This document shows, one piece after another, positions 53,621-63,346 of a stretch of DNA of 64,000 bases. This DNA is from Candidatus Magasanikiibacteriota bacterium (GTDB taxonomy: Bacteria > Patescibacteriota > Patescibacteriia > Magasanikbacterales > GWA2-37-8): the NCBI GenBank assembly GCA_036744835.1, contig DAIOHD010000001.1:208967-272966 (forward strand). Direction: 5' to 3'. Under the pieces are notes generated by a model. That model saw nothing but the letters and a program-made list of their open reading frames with translations. It did not search any database and was not told the DNA's origin. Position numbers and translations under genes: made by a program. Every line of letters begins with the position of its first letter. Position 1 is the first letter of the stretch.

Positions 53621-54892
53621 ATGATACAGAAAAACAATTCGGCTATCCGATTTGACAATCTTGGTATAGCCCCAAAACTGTTGGATATTCTCCGACAAAA
53701 CAATTTTACCGTGCCAACACCTATCCAGCATCAATGCATTCCCCAAGCTTTGGAAGGTAAAGATATTGTGGGTGTGGCGCAAACCGGCACCGGAAAAACT
53801 TTAGCTTTCGGTTTGCCGATGATTCAGCGCTTGTCCGCTCTCAAAGGACAAGGTCTCATTTTATTACCGACTCGTGAACTTGCTTTGCAGGTTGATGAAG
53901 TTTTAAACCAAGTCGGTAGGTCTTTTGGCTTGAAAACCGCTATACTTATTGGCGGAGCTTCCATGGGTCAACAGATCCAGGCTTTGCGTCGCAATCCACA
54001 CATTATCGTCGCGACTCCTGGACGAATGAACGATCATCTTCAACAAAAAACCGTTTCTTTACAAAATACAAAAATTATAGTGCTTGATGAAGCCGACCGT
54101 ATGCTTGATATCGGTTTTATGCCACAAATTGTGGAGATTTTAAAAAATGCCCCCAAAGAAAGACAGACCTTGATGTTTTCCGCGACTATGCCACAATCTA
54201 TTGCTACTCTTGCCGCGCGTTATATGAAAATGCCACTTCGTATAGAAGTTGCTCCGTCGGGTACTCCGGCTGCGAATGTGGAACAAGAAATTTTTATAAC
54301 ATCCAAAGAATTAAAATTGGCTTTACTGGAAAAAATATTATCAGATAATCCAGGTCAAGTTTTGGTTTTTTCACGTACTAAACATGGAGCAAAAAAAATT
54401 TCCAATAATCTTCGCGATATCGGTTTCAAGGCAGTGGAGATACATTCCGATCGCACCTTGGCTCAACGTCGAAATGCGATGGATGGATTTAAATCCGGAC
54501 AATATCGCATTTTGGTAGCTACAGATATTGCCGCTCGTGGAATTGACGTTACCGGAATTTCTTTGGTTATAAACTATGATTTACCCGGAAACTCTGAAGA
54601 TTATGTGCATCGTATCGGTCGGACTGGTCGTGCTGGAAAATTTGGCAAAGCCATTTCTTTCGCTACTCCAGATCAACGCAGTGATATTAGACAAATTGAA
54701 AGATTGATTAAAAAGACCATTCCTATTTTGGCCTTACCACCATTACAACCTCGTCATAATATAGCTAGAATCAATATTTATCAAAATGAACGTTCAGAGG
54801 TGCGTCGTAAACCTTTCAAAAAAAATGATTTTTTCTCTTCTCGCCGTAAAAAACAAAATCCGAAAAGAAAGCGTTACGGTATAATAAATTAA
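53621..54892 (+). CDS. DEAD-box ATP-dependent RNA helicase
   Basis: Q motif, AQTGTGKT, PTRELA, DEAD, SAT and HRIGRTGR; basic C-terminal tail. Confidence 0.85.
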   Translation: MIQKNNSAIRFDNLGIAPKLLDILRQNNFTVPTPIQHQCIPQALEGKDIVGVAQTGTGKTLAFGLPMIQRLSALKGQGLILLPTRELALQVDEVLNQVGRSFGLKTAILIGGASMGQQIQALRRNPHIIVATPGRMNDHLQQKTVSLQNTKIIVLDEADRMLDIGFMPQIVEILKNAPKERQTLMFSATMPQSIATLAARYMKMPLRIEVAPSGTPAANVEQEIFITSKELKLALLEKILSDNPGQVLVFSRTKHGAKKISNNLRDIGFKAVEIHSDRTLAQRRNAMDGFKSGQYRILVATDIAARGIDVTGISLVINYDLPGNSEDYVHRIGRTGRAGKFGKAISFATPDQRSDIRQIERLIKKTIPILALPPLQPRHNIARINIYQNERSEVRRKPFKKNDFFSSRRKKQNPKRKRYGIIN

Positions 54893-54942
54893 AACAAGAA
54901 TTAGTTTAATACAAGCAGATTGGTTTTTATATTTAAAAAAAT

Positions 54943-54970
54943 AACCCTGATATTAATCAGGGTTATTTTT
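54943..54970 (+). terminator. Intrinsic terminator of the helicase gene
   Basis: AACCCTGA-TATTA-ATCAGGGTT followed by a T-run. Confidence 0.6.
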
Positions 54971-54979
54971 AAAAGGTAA

Positions 54980-55114
54980 TTAAGCTTGAGGAGCTTCTTC
55001 TTCAGTAGCTGGGGTTTCTTCAGCTGGAGCTTCTTCGGTTGTAGGAGCTTCTACTTCTGTATTAGTTTCTTCAGAAACAACAGTGTTGTTTTCTTCGTCA
55101 AAATTTACGAACAT
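54980..55114 (-). CDS. Possible small acidic protein (44 aa, E/A/P/T-rich)
   Basis: Minus-strand ATG...TAA ORF MFVNFDEENNTVVSEETNTEVEAPTTEEAPAEETPATEEEAPQA; low complexity, could be non-coding. Confidence 0.2.
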   Translation of the reverse strand: MFVNFDEENNTVVSEETNTEVEAPTTEEAPAEETPATEEEAPQA

Positions 55115-55198
55115 AGTCGTGTAAATTTAAGAATAACTGACGACTAGTGGTAGCCGACCAAAAAATTATACCATAAAATCTATTTTGTGTCAACCCTT

Positions 55199-55609
55199 TT
55201 ATCTTAAAATTGCTTGATTGTCCAATGTATCATTAACTAACTTGTCAGCCTCTTTATTATTTTCGCGTAAAGTGTGGCGATAAGAAACTTTCTTAAATTG
55301 TGTCGCGGCGTTATAAGCTTGAATAAAAAGTTTTTGCAAAGTCGGTTCTTTAACTTTGTAAAGTCCTTTCATTTGATTGACTATCAGTTCGCTATCTAAA
55401 ATACAATCTATTTCCGTCCCGCCAAGTTCATAAGCTCTTTTGAGTCCGGCAATGAGAGCACTATATTCGGCAAAATTGTTAGTTTGTTCTCCTAAATATT
55501 TTCCAAAAGCATCTATATTTTTTCCGGTTTCGTCTTTGATTACTATGCCTGCGGCAGCCGGGCCAGGATTTCCTCTCGCACCGCCGTCTGTAAATATAGT
55601 TAATTTCAT
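55199..55609 (-). CDS. rnhA: Ribonuclease HI
   Basis: IFTDGGARGNPGPAAAGIVI N-terminus and RNase H fold length. Confidence 0.8.
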   Translation of the reverse strand: MKLTIFTDGGARGNPGPAAAGIVIKDETGKNIDAFGKYLGEQTNNFAEYSALIAGLKRAYELGGTEIDCILDSELIVNQMKGLYKVKEPTLQKLFIQAYNAATQFKKVSYRHTLRENNKEADKLVNDTLDNQAILR

Positions 55610-55698
55610 AGTTTATAAAGTTTATTTTAGTAGGATAAGAAATACAAAATTATAAGTAATTACGAATCGAGATTGAAAATTTATAATTTAAAATTAGC

Positions 55699-57042
55699 TT
55701 AATATTCAAGTTTCCATAATCCGTTTTTATCATTATATTTTCCGCCAAAAAATAAGGTCCGGTTATCACTATCACTAATAGCGGTAGTAATTTGTTGCGC
55801 AAGTAATTCATGGCTTACTAAATAGTAGGGGAAAAGAACCGTGGTATTATCGGCCCAAACCAGACCCAAAGTATTGTGTTTATCAAGGGGTATTATTTGT
55901 TTTAGCTGCATTCCTGATCTGTTTAATAAAACCGGTTCTTCATTTTGGGCGCGTGTCCAAATTTCCCAAGTAGACCAAGCAATAAGCCAATTGTTATACT
56001 TTGAAATAATGTAGTTTTCTCCCGCTAATGTATATTTTTTATTTTGGGTAAAAAGTAACATTTCCGCTTGGTTTTTCTTTTTTAATAAGATAAAATCGTT
56101 TTTAGCTGTAAGAATTTCCCAGTTTTCTGTTTCAGTTCCAAAGTCATTATTAAAAATTTGATGGAAACCTAAATAATCCTTGATTAATTCCGGGTTATTG
56201 GTCGAAGAATTTATTTGGATAACCCAAAGTTGATTATTTTCAAAAAACCAATCAATAAAATTATTTTTATTAACAAAAGTTTGGTTCATGTTTTCTGGAT
56301 TGAAAATCATGATTTGTTCTTTTGTCGAATAGTAGATTTCTGGCAAAGAGCCGTTTCGCCAATTATATTTTGTAATAGGCATCTTGGTATATGCGGTTAG
56401 ATCTATATTCTTTTCCGGTTTTTGAGTGTTAAAAATAAAAATTTTTGAATAAGGTTTTTGTTTTGTACTGATAATATAATAAGAATTATCAGGAGAGAAT
56501 ATTATATCCAAAGGTTCCAAATCGGACAATTTGGTTACTAATAAATTTTCGCCTGTTTTTATATTTTTTTGCCAAAGTTCTTTTTCTTTTTCTTTTATTA
56601 AAGAATAAATCAAAAATTTTCCATCATTGGAGATAACCAATTCGATTACTTTTCCTTCATGTAAAAAAACTGGTTCAGTTTTTTTTAGGAGAATAATATC
56701 TTTGATGTAAATAGTTTCTTTATTTTTTACTTCAATATTTTTGTGCCAATCAAAATAGCCTGGACTTGTGATGTTGAGAGAAAATTTTCCAGGCACTAAA
56801 TTGTTAAGTCTTATCGGAAAACGAGATTTTAATTTAGTGTTATTTAGATAAACCTCTGCCCAGTTTGGAGTTATATCGATATTTATGGAGCCGGTTTCGC
56901 GTAAAAATCCGTTTTTAAAATCATAACGATAACCACTGGTATAAAGAATGATTGCCGGAGAAATTAATAAAAAAAGCCCTATAAAAAATAAAAATATAAA
57001 GCGTCTCAAGGGCTTGGTAAGTTTAGTTTCCGGGTATTCCAT
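55699..57042 (-). CDS. Membrane-anchored PEGA-domain / beta-propeller-like protein
   Basis: N-terminal TM, then a PEGA-like segment (ITPNWAEVYLNNTKLKSRFPIRLNNLVPGKFSLNITSPGY), then repeats. Confidence 0.4.
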   Translation of the reverse strand: MEYPETKLTKPLRRFIFLFFIGLFLLISPAIILYTSGYRYDFKNGFLRETGSINIDITPNWAEVYLNNTKLKSRFPIRLNNLVPGKFSLNITSPGYFDWHKNIEVKNKETIYIKDIILLKKTEPVFLHEGKVIELVISNDGKFLIYSLIKEKEKELWQKNIKTGENLLVTKLSDLEPLDIIFSPDNSYYIISTKQKPYSKIFIFNTQKPEKNIDLTAYTKMPITKYNWRNGSLPEIYYSTKEQIMIFNPENMNQTFVNKNNFIDWFFENNQLWVIQINSSTNNPELIKDYLGFHQIFNNDFGTETENWEILTAKNDFILLKKKNQAEMLLFTQNKKYTLAGENYIISKYNNWLIAWSTWEIWTRAQNEEPVLLNRSGMQLKQIIPLDKHNTLGLVWADNTTVLFPYYLVSHELLAQQITTAISDSDNRTLFFGGKYNDKNGLWKLEY

Positions 57043-57123
57043 AGTTAGGTTGCCAAAAATGTTTTTTTATAATATACTTTAAATTATACAATATCCTAAA
57101 AATGGTCTTTAGTCAATTAAAAT

Positions 57124-58428
57124 ATGTCTTATTTACTTATTAATGGTGGTAAAAAACTTCGTGGGGAAATCAAAAATCAGACGGCCAAAAATTCGGCCGT
57201 GGCTATTTTGTGTGCCACTGCAATGGTAAAAGGAAAAACCGCATTGTCGGATGTACCGGAAATAGAAGAAGTTTATAGAATTATAGAATTATTAAAAAGC
57301 ATCGGTATAAAAGTTAGAAAAATTTCTGCCGGGAAATACGAAATTGATTCCAGGGCTAATTTGAATTTAAATAATATTGATAAAAATGCCTCTGAAAAAA
57401 CTAGATCATCACTGTTGCTTTTAGGTGCTTTAGCTAATCGAGTTAAAAAATATAAACTTTATAAATCAGGAGGGTGTAAGCTTGGCGAAAGAACCATTCG
57501 TCCCCATCTGTATGCATTGGAAAAAATTGGAGTATTTGCCAAATCTAAAGAATATTTTTATGAAGTGGAAAATAAAAATTTATGCGGTGCTGAAATTGTG
57601 ATGTATGAATCCGGAGATACGGCTACGGAAAACGCCGTGATGGCCGCGGTATTGGCCAAAGGCAAAACTGTCATCAAAATGGCCTCAGCCAATTATATGG
57701 TTCAGGATCTATGCTATTTTTTGGCCAAAGCCGGTGCAAAAATCAAAGGAATAGGTACAACCACTTTGGAAATTCAAGGTGTGAAAAAATTAAAAGAAGT
57801 AAAAGATTATTCCATTATGCCAGATCCAATAGTCGCGATGACTTATTTGGCTGCGGCCATAATTACAGATTCGAAACTGATCATCAAAAATTGCCCGTTG
57901 GATTTTTTGGAATTGGAACTTTGTAAATTGGAGCGTGCTGGACAAAAATATTCTTTTAAGAAAAAATATTTATCTAAAAATGGTAAGTTTCATATTGTAG
58001 ATATAGAAATCACACCTTCTAAACTCGTGGCGTTGCCGGATAAAGTGGAATGTCGTCCTTTTCCGGGTTTAAATATTGACAACCTTCCTTTGTTTGTTGC
58101 AATTTTAGCTAAAGCTCAAGGACGTACTTTGATTCATGATTGGCCTTATGAAAATAGAGCTGTAAGTTATTTGGAATTACAAAAAATCGGTGCCAATTTA
58201 ACTTTACTTGATCCGCATCGCGTATGGGTGGAGGGTCCGACTAAATTTACTGCCAATGAAGCGGTTTGCCCGTCCATTTTACGAGTAGCGGTTATTTTAT
58301 TGCTTGGCATGATGGCCGCTCCTGGAAAATCAATTTTGCGCAATACTTATATGATTGAACGCGGATATGAAAATTTATATGAATCTTTAAATAAGATAGG
58401 AGCAGATATAAGGGTTATCAAAGATTAG
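57124..58428 (+). CDS. murA: UDP-N-acetylglucosamine 1-carboxyvinyltransferase
   Basis: N-terminus collinear with MurA (INGGKKLRGEIKNQTAKNSAVAILCA...) and EPT-fold length. Confidence 0.85.
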   Translation: MSYLLINGGKKLRGEIKNQTAKNSAVAILCATAMVKGKTALSDVPEIEEVYRIIELLKSIGIKVRKISAGKYEIDSRANLNLNNIDKNASEKTRSSLLLLGALANRVKKYKLYKSGGCKLGERTIRPHLYALEKIGVFAKSKEYFYEVENKNLCGAEIVMYESGDTATENAVMAAVLAKGKTVIKMASANYMVQDLCYFLAKAGAKIKGIGTTTLEIQGVKKLKEVKDYSIMPDPIVAMTYLAAAIITDSKLIIKNCPLDFLELELCKLERAGQKYSFKKKYLSKNGKFHIVDIEITPSKLVALPDKVECRPFPGLNIDNLPLFVAILAKAQGRTLIHDWPYENRAVSYLELQKIGANLTLLDPHRVWVEGPTKFTANEAVCPSILRVAVILLLGMMAAPGKSILRNTYMIERGYENLYESLNKIGADIRVIKD

Positions 58429-58533
58429 ACTGTCCGTGCCAAGGATGACCCGCTGATTCCGACAGGTAGGATGTCAAGGATCTTCGGGTTTTGTAATAAT
58501 AAATAAAACTATAAATTAAAAATTTGAAAAAGT

Positions 58534-59808
58534 ATGGATTTTAATACAAGCAATATAAATATTTCCGGACCGACACCGACCAAAAAAAGAGCGGGAAAAT
58601 ATTTTGGTTTATATCTATCTTTAATTTTATTTATTGTTTCTTTTGGCTTAGGGTTTTTTTCCGGACAATATTATTTTATCCATAAAAATATTATTGATGA
58701 AAACGGAGAAGTGGAACAAACAAAAGTTTTAAAATTAAATAGAATGTTAAATCATTCCGATGAGATTGAATTTGAACAATTTTGGGAAGTTTGGGATAAA
58801 ATAAAAGAAAAATATGTTAAAAAAGATGTTAAAGATGAAGATCTTTTTTATGGTGCGGTACAGGGGTTGGTTTATGCATTAGGAGACCCCTATTCTTTAT
58901 ATTTTCCACCAAAAGCTGCAGACGAATTTTCTAAAGATTTATCAGGAGAACTTGAAGGTATCGGTGCTGAAATAGGTATCAAAAATCAATTATTAACAGT
59001 AATCGCTCCGTTGGCAAACACGCCGGCAGAAAGAGCGGGATTAAGGCCTGGAGATGTTATTTTGCAAATCGGCGAAGAAATTACTTTGGGTATGGATGTT
59101 AATACTGCTGTATCAAAAATTAGAGGTAAGGCTGGTACAGAAGTTATTTTATCAGTTAATAGAAATGAATGGCTTGAACCTAAAGAAATAAAAATTGTTC
59201 GTGCTAAAATAAGTGTTCCGTCAGTTACTTTCAAGATGCAGAATAATGAAGTAGGCTATTTTAGGGTTATGCAGTTTAACGAAGATACGCAAAAACAATT
59301 TGATAAAGGAATCAAAGAACTTCAAAATCGCAGTGGTAAAAAAATAATTTTGGATTTACGAAATAATCCGGGTGGTTATTTGGACCAGGCTATTCGTATG
59401 GCTAGCGAATGGATAGAAAAAGGAGTAGTTGTCAGTGAAAAAGGAAATGATGGCAATAACAAAGAACATGAGACTACCGGTAGTGCGCGTTTACAAAATA
59501 TACAAACAGTAGTTTTGATCAACGGTGGTTCAGCCTCTGCGTCAGAGATCGTTGCCGGGGCTTTGCAAGACAATAAAAAAGCTACCATTATTGGAACAAA
59601 AACTTTTGGTAAGGGTTCAGTACAAGATTTTGAAATGTTTCCTGATGGTTCAGCACTTAAGTTGACAGTTGCTGAATGGTTTACGCCAAACGGAAGAAAT
59701 ATCAATAAAGAAGGGATAGTTCCTGATATTGAAGTGATAGAGGAATGGGATAAAGAGAAAATCGGCGAGGATGTGATGATTGATAAAGCACTCGAGTTGT
59801 TAAAATAG
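58534..59808 (+). CDS. ctpA: S41 carboxyl-terminal processing protease (PDZ plus peptidase), membrane-anchored
   Basis: PDZ (GLRPGDVILQIGEE), S41 blocks (LDLRNNPGGYL; NGGSASASEIVAGALQDN; TFGKGSVQ). Confidence 0.75.
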   Translation: MDFNTSNINISGPTPTKKRAGKYFGLYLSLILFIVSFGLGFFSGQYYFIHKNIIDENGEVEQTKVLKLNRMLNHSDEIEFEQFWEVWDKIKEKYVKKDVKDEDLFYGAVQGLVYALGDPYSLYFPPKAADEFSKDLSGELEGIGAEIGIKNQLLTVIAPLANTPAERAGLRPGDVILQIGEEITLGMDVNTAVSKIRGKAGTEVILSVNRNEWLEPKEIKIVRAKISVPSVTFKMQNNEVGYFRVMQFNEDTQKQFDKGIKELQNRSGKKIILDLRNNPGGYLDQAIRMASEWIEKGVVVSEKGNDGNNKEHETTGSARLQNIQTVVLINGGSASASEIVAGALQDNKKATIIGTKTFGKGSVQDFEMFPDGSALKLTVAEWFTPNGRNINKEGIVPDIEVIEEWDKEKIGEDVMIDKALELLK

Positions 59809-59862
59809 TAGATAAGCTTGTAAGCAGGTAAGGTGATAAACAACAAAAAAACAAATTAAAAA

Positions 59863-59890
59863 ACTTCCCTAATAGTAGGGGAAGTTTTTT
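59863..59890. terminator. Bidirectional intrinsic terminator (ctpA / era)
   Basis: A-run, ACTTCCC-TAATAGTAG-GGGAAGT, T-run. Confidence 0.6.
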
Positions 59891-59911
59891 AATTTACTAA
59901 CTTACCAGTTT

Positions 59912-60811
59912 TTACACTCGTTCCGTCCAGCGTTTGTCTGCATCCACATTTATTTCTAGAAAAACTTTTTTATTTAAAGCTGTCTCCAACTCTTTTCTAG
60001 CAGCAATACCTATTTCTTTTATAGCACGTCCGCCTTTGCCAATAATCATTTTTTTATATTCTTTGGAATTAGTTAAAACATTTGCGTGGATAACCATAAT
60101 ATTTTCTTTATCTTCAATACTTTCTATTTCTACGTGTGTAGTGTAAGGAACTTCTTGACGTAAAGCTAAAAAAATTTTTTCTCTAATGACTTCAGATATC
60201 CAAAATTCTTCACCAGCATCACTAAATTGTCCTGGTGGATAGTAAGGCTCACCTTCCGGTAAATATTCAAAAACTTTTTGACGTAAAGGTTCTACATGGC
60301 GGTTTTTGAGAGCTGATAGCTCAAAAACAGCATCAAATTGATCGCTTATAAGTTTGTAATCATCAATAAATTCTTTTTCTTTTTCTGGTAGATCGCATTT
60401 GTTAATAACCAAAATTTTTGGTGAAGTTGTTTTGCGTAAAAGTGACATATTGAACCTTTCTTCTGCACCAATAGCTTTGGTGGGGTCTACAACATAAATA
60501 ACCAAATTTATATCATGAAGCGATTCTTCTACCCGTTCAATCATTTTTCCGGCAAGAGGATTTTTCTTTTCTTTAAATATACCGGGAGTGTCTATAAACA
60601 CCGCCTGGCCCTGTGAAGTGTTTAAAACACCATGAATGATATTCCTGGTGGTTTGCGGTTTATGAGTAACAATAGCCACTTTTTGTCCGATAAGAGTATT
60701 TAAAAGTGTAGATTTACCGACATTGGAACGGCCGATTAATGTAATCATGCCGGACTTAAAAATAGGTTTAGTTTCTGTTGTTTGTTCGGTTTGTTTTTTG
60801 GTAGGGGACAT
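59912..60811 (-). CDS. era: GTPase Era
   Basis: G1 GRSNVGKST, DTPG, NKCD and C-terminal KH domain; about 20-aa N-terminal extension if ATG 60811 is used. Confidence 0.85.
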   Translation of the reverse strand: MSPTKKQTEQTTETKPIFKSGMITLIGRSNVGKSTLLNTLIGQKVAIVTHKPQTTRNIIHGVLNTSQGQAVFIDTPGIFKEKKNPLAGKMIERVEESLHDINLVIYVVDPTKAIGAEERFNMSLLRKTTSPKILVINKCDLPEKEKEFIDDYKLISDQFDAVFELSALKNRHVEPLRQKVFEYLPEGEPYYPPGQFSDAGEEFWISEVIREKIFLALRQEVPYTTHVEIESIEDKENIMVIHANVLTNSKEYKKMIIGKGGRAIKEIGIAARKELETALNKKVFLEINVDADKRWTERV

Positions 60812-61077
60812 AAAATTGGAAAAAAGTTATAATAATTTTTAATTTAAGATTTTCAATTTTTAATAAATTTTTAATGATTAAATTTTCAAATTATCTTATT
60901 ATTGTCTTATATTATTGAAAATTTTAAATTCAATAAAAATTAATAATTAAAAATTAGGTAAGTTTGATTGAAAATACGCTTTTTAGTTAAAAACCCTTTA
61001 TTTTGTAAGATACTTTTCAATAACTTTCTTTTGTAGTACTATATTATAGGAAATTAATAAAATAAGCAAGAAATAAT

Positions 61078-61536
61078 ATGAAAGTTATTTTACTTGAAAA
61101 AGTATCTGGGTTAGGCGATATTGATGATATAAAAGAGGTTTCCGATGGTTATGCTCTCAATCATCTTTTTCCTCGTCATTTAGCGGTACAAGCTTCAGCT
61201 CAAAAAGTAGCCCAACTTAAAGCCAAGGAAAAGAAAATGATAAAAGACGAAGAAAAAGAATTGCGCGAGGCTCAATCTTTGGCCGATCGTTTAGAGGGTT
61301 ATAATTTGGTTATTGAAGATAAGGTAAATGAAGAAAATTTTCTTTATGCCGCAGTAACACCACAACGCATAGCTCAAGCACTTAAAACCTATGGTTTCCC
61401 TCTCAATAAAAATATGGTGACGAGCGAGCCAATTAAAGAAATAGGGGATTATAAAATAAAAATTAAAATGCGACACGGACTGGAAGCCACAATCAATCTG
61501 TTGATTAATGCCAAAGAAGAAGCTCCAAAAAAATAA
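61078..61536 (+). CDS. rplI: Ribosomal protein L9
   Basis: MKVILLEKVSGLGDIDDIKEVSDGYALNHLFPRHLA N-domain. Confidence 0.85.
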   Translation: MKVILLEKVSGLGDIDDIKEVSDGYALNHLFPRHLAVQASAQKVAQLKAKEKKMIKDEEKELREAQSLADRLEGYNLVIEDKVNEENFLYAAVTPQRIAQALKTYGFPLNKNMVTSEPIKEIGDYKIKIKMRHGLEATINLLINAKEEAPKK

Positions 61537-61562
61537 TAAATAAAAATAATTTTAAATAGTAT

Positions 61563-63197
61563 ATGGGAAAAACCAAATATATTTTTGTGGTAGGCGGAGT
61601 CATGAGCGGAGTGGGTAAAGGTATCACCGTGGCTTCAATAGGTAGAATTTTAAGTAATTATGGGTTACGTGTTTCAGCAATTAAAATTGACCCTTATATC
61701 AATGTTGATGCCGGTACTATGAATCCTATAGAACATGGCGAGGTCTTTGTTACTGACGACGGAGATGAAACAGACCAAGATATTGGGAATTATGAAAGAT
61801 TTTTGGATACAAATATTTTGTCTACTAATTATATGACTACCGGTCGTGTTTATCAGAGTGTTATTGAAAAAGAGAGAACTATGCAATTTAAAGGAAAGTG
61901 TGTACAAGTTGTACCACATATCCCTTTGGAAGTTTTGGGGAGAATTGAAAAAGCAGTTAAACAAACCAAAGCTGATATAATGATTATTGAGATAGGAGGA
62001 ACAGTTGGAGAATATGAAAATATTTTATTTTTAGAAGCTGCTCGTAGTTTGAAATTAAGTCATCCAGAGGATGTACTTTTTGTTTTAGTTAGTTATTTAC
62101 CGGTTCCCGGTCATCTGGGAGAAATGAAAACCAAACCAACTCAACATGCAGCTAGAATGCTTAATAATAGCGGATTGCAAGCGGATATCATTATTGCTCG
62201 TGGTAGAGAATTACTTGATGATGTTCGTCGCGAAAAGTTGGCTTTTTTCTGTTCGGTTCGCAGTAAAGAAGATATTATTCCCGCTCCAGATGTTACTAAT
62301 ATTTACGAAATACCGGATAATTTTGAAAATTATAATTTAGGAAAAATAGTTGCCAAAAAGTTAAAATTACGATTGAAGCGTAAAAGCGATTTAAAATGGA
62401 AAAAATTTATTAGCCAAATGAAGAATGTTAAAAAAACAGTAAATATTGCCGTGGTGGGAAAGTATTTTACTACCGGAAATTTTACACTTTCTGATTCTTA
62501 TATTTCGGTAATTGAAGCGGTTAAACACGCGTCTTGGAATTGCGGAGCAAAAGCAAAAATGACTTGGTTGGATTCGGAAATTTATGAGAAAGACCCAAAA
62601 AAATTGATTGATTTAAAAAAGTTTGACGCTGTTATTGTACCTGGGGGTTTTGGTACACGTGGGGTGGAAGGAATAATAAAAGTTATTCAGCATGCTCGTG
62701 AAAAAAATATTCCATATTTAGGTCTTTGCTATGGAATGCAGTTGATGTCAATTGAATTTGCGCGTCATGTTTTAAAATTGAAAGATGCCAATACCGTGGA
62801 GTGCAATCCACAGTCTGCCAATTTGATTATAGGTATTAATCCAAATCAGAAGATGAATGTGAAAAATAATCGCTACGGCGGAACTATGCGTTTAGGGGCC
62901 TATGATTGTGAATTGAAAGATGGAAGTAGGGTTTTGAAATTATATGGATTTAAAAACATCTCTGAACGACATCGCCATCGTTATGAATTTAATAACGACT
63001 ATCGTAAAAAAATAGATGAGGCCGGTTTAAAAGTTGTTGGTATAAACAAAGAAAGTGATTTGGTAGAAATATTGGAGCTTAAAAATCACCCTTTCTTTAT
63101 CGGAACTCAATTTCATCCGGAATTTAAGAGTCGTCCACTTCATCCGCATCCTTTGTTTGTTGGTTTGATAAAAGCAGCTTTAAAAAGGTTACGCTGA
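61563..63197 (+). CDS. pyrG: CTP synthase
   Basis: YIFVVGGVMSGVGKG N-terminus and glutamine amidotransferase C-domain (GLCYGMQ). Confidence 0.9.
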   Translation: MGKTKYIFVVGGVMSGVGKGITVASIGRILSNYGLRVSAIKIDPYINVDAGTMNPIEHGEVFVTDDGDETDQDIGNYERFLDTNILSTNYMTTGRVYQSVIEKERTMQFKGKCVQVVPHIPLEVLGRIEKAVKQTKADIMIIEIGGTVGEYENILFLEAARSLKLSHPEDVLFVLVSYLPVPGHLGEMKTKPTQHAARMLNNSGLQADIIIARGRELLDDVRREKLAFFCSVRSKEDIIPAPDVTNIYEIPDNFENYNLGKIVAKKLKLRLKRKSDLKWKKFISQMKNVKKTVNIAVVGKYFTTGNFTLSDSYISVIEAVKHASWNCGAKAKMTWLDSEIYEKDPKKLIDLKKFDAVIVPGGFGTRGVEGIIKVIQHAREKNIPYLGLCYGMQLMSIEFARHVLKLKDANTVECNPQSANLIIGINPNQKMNVKNNRYGGTMRLGAYDCELKDGSRVLKLYGFKNISERHRHRYEFNNDYRKKIDEAGLKVVGINKESDLVEILELKNHPFFIGTQFHPEFKSRPLHPHPLFVGLIKAALKRLR

Positions 63198-63270
63198 GCG
63201 TAACTTTACCGACGCTTAGCTAAAAACGGGGCCACACTAAGTGTGGCAATTACCGCGCTCAGCGCGGGGT
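63186..63270. repeat. Cluster of TNA-loop hairpins (REP-like family), overlapping the pyrG stop
   Basis: GTTACGC-TGA-GCGTAAC, GCGC-TTA-GC, GCCACAC-TAA-GTGTGGC, CCGCGC-TCA-GCGCGG; block TTTACCGaCGCTTAGCTAAAAACGGGGCCAC is shared with 5589-5625. Confidence 0.5.
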
Positions 63271-63295
63271 TGATTTTTAGTTTAAATACTGATAA

Positions 63296-63331
63296 AATAA
63301 TCAGGCCTTTTAAAGGGCCTGATTATTGTTT
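63296..63331 (+). terminator. Probable terminator of pyrG
   Basis: AATAATCAGGCC-TTTTAAAG-GGCCTGATTATT hairpin; weak T-tract. Confidence 0.4.
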
Positions 63332-63346
63332 AAAAATAATTAAAAT

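Noticed and set aside
53281-53703. Minus-strand ORFs 53281-53493 and 53521-53703 as candidate secE/nusG replacements
   Set aside because: No similarity to SecE (single TM with conserved hinge) or NusG (NGN/KOW). They overlap the structured element and the helicase 5' UTR and start codon. Treated as non-coding.
58429-58533. GC-rich segment after murA (GTCCGTGCCAAGGATGACCCGCTGATTCCGACAGGTAGGATGTCAAGGATCTTCGGG) as an ncRNA or terminator
   Set aside because: Only weak, imperfect pairing could be found by eye. There is no clean hairpin plus T-run and no recurrence elsewhere in the window.
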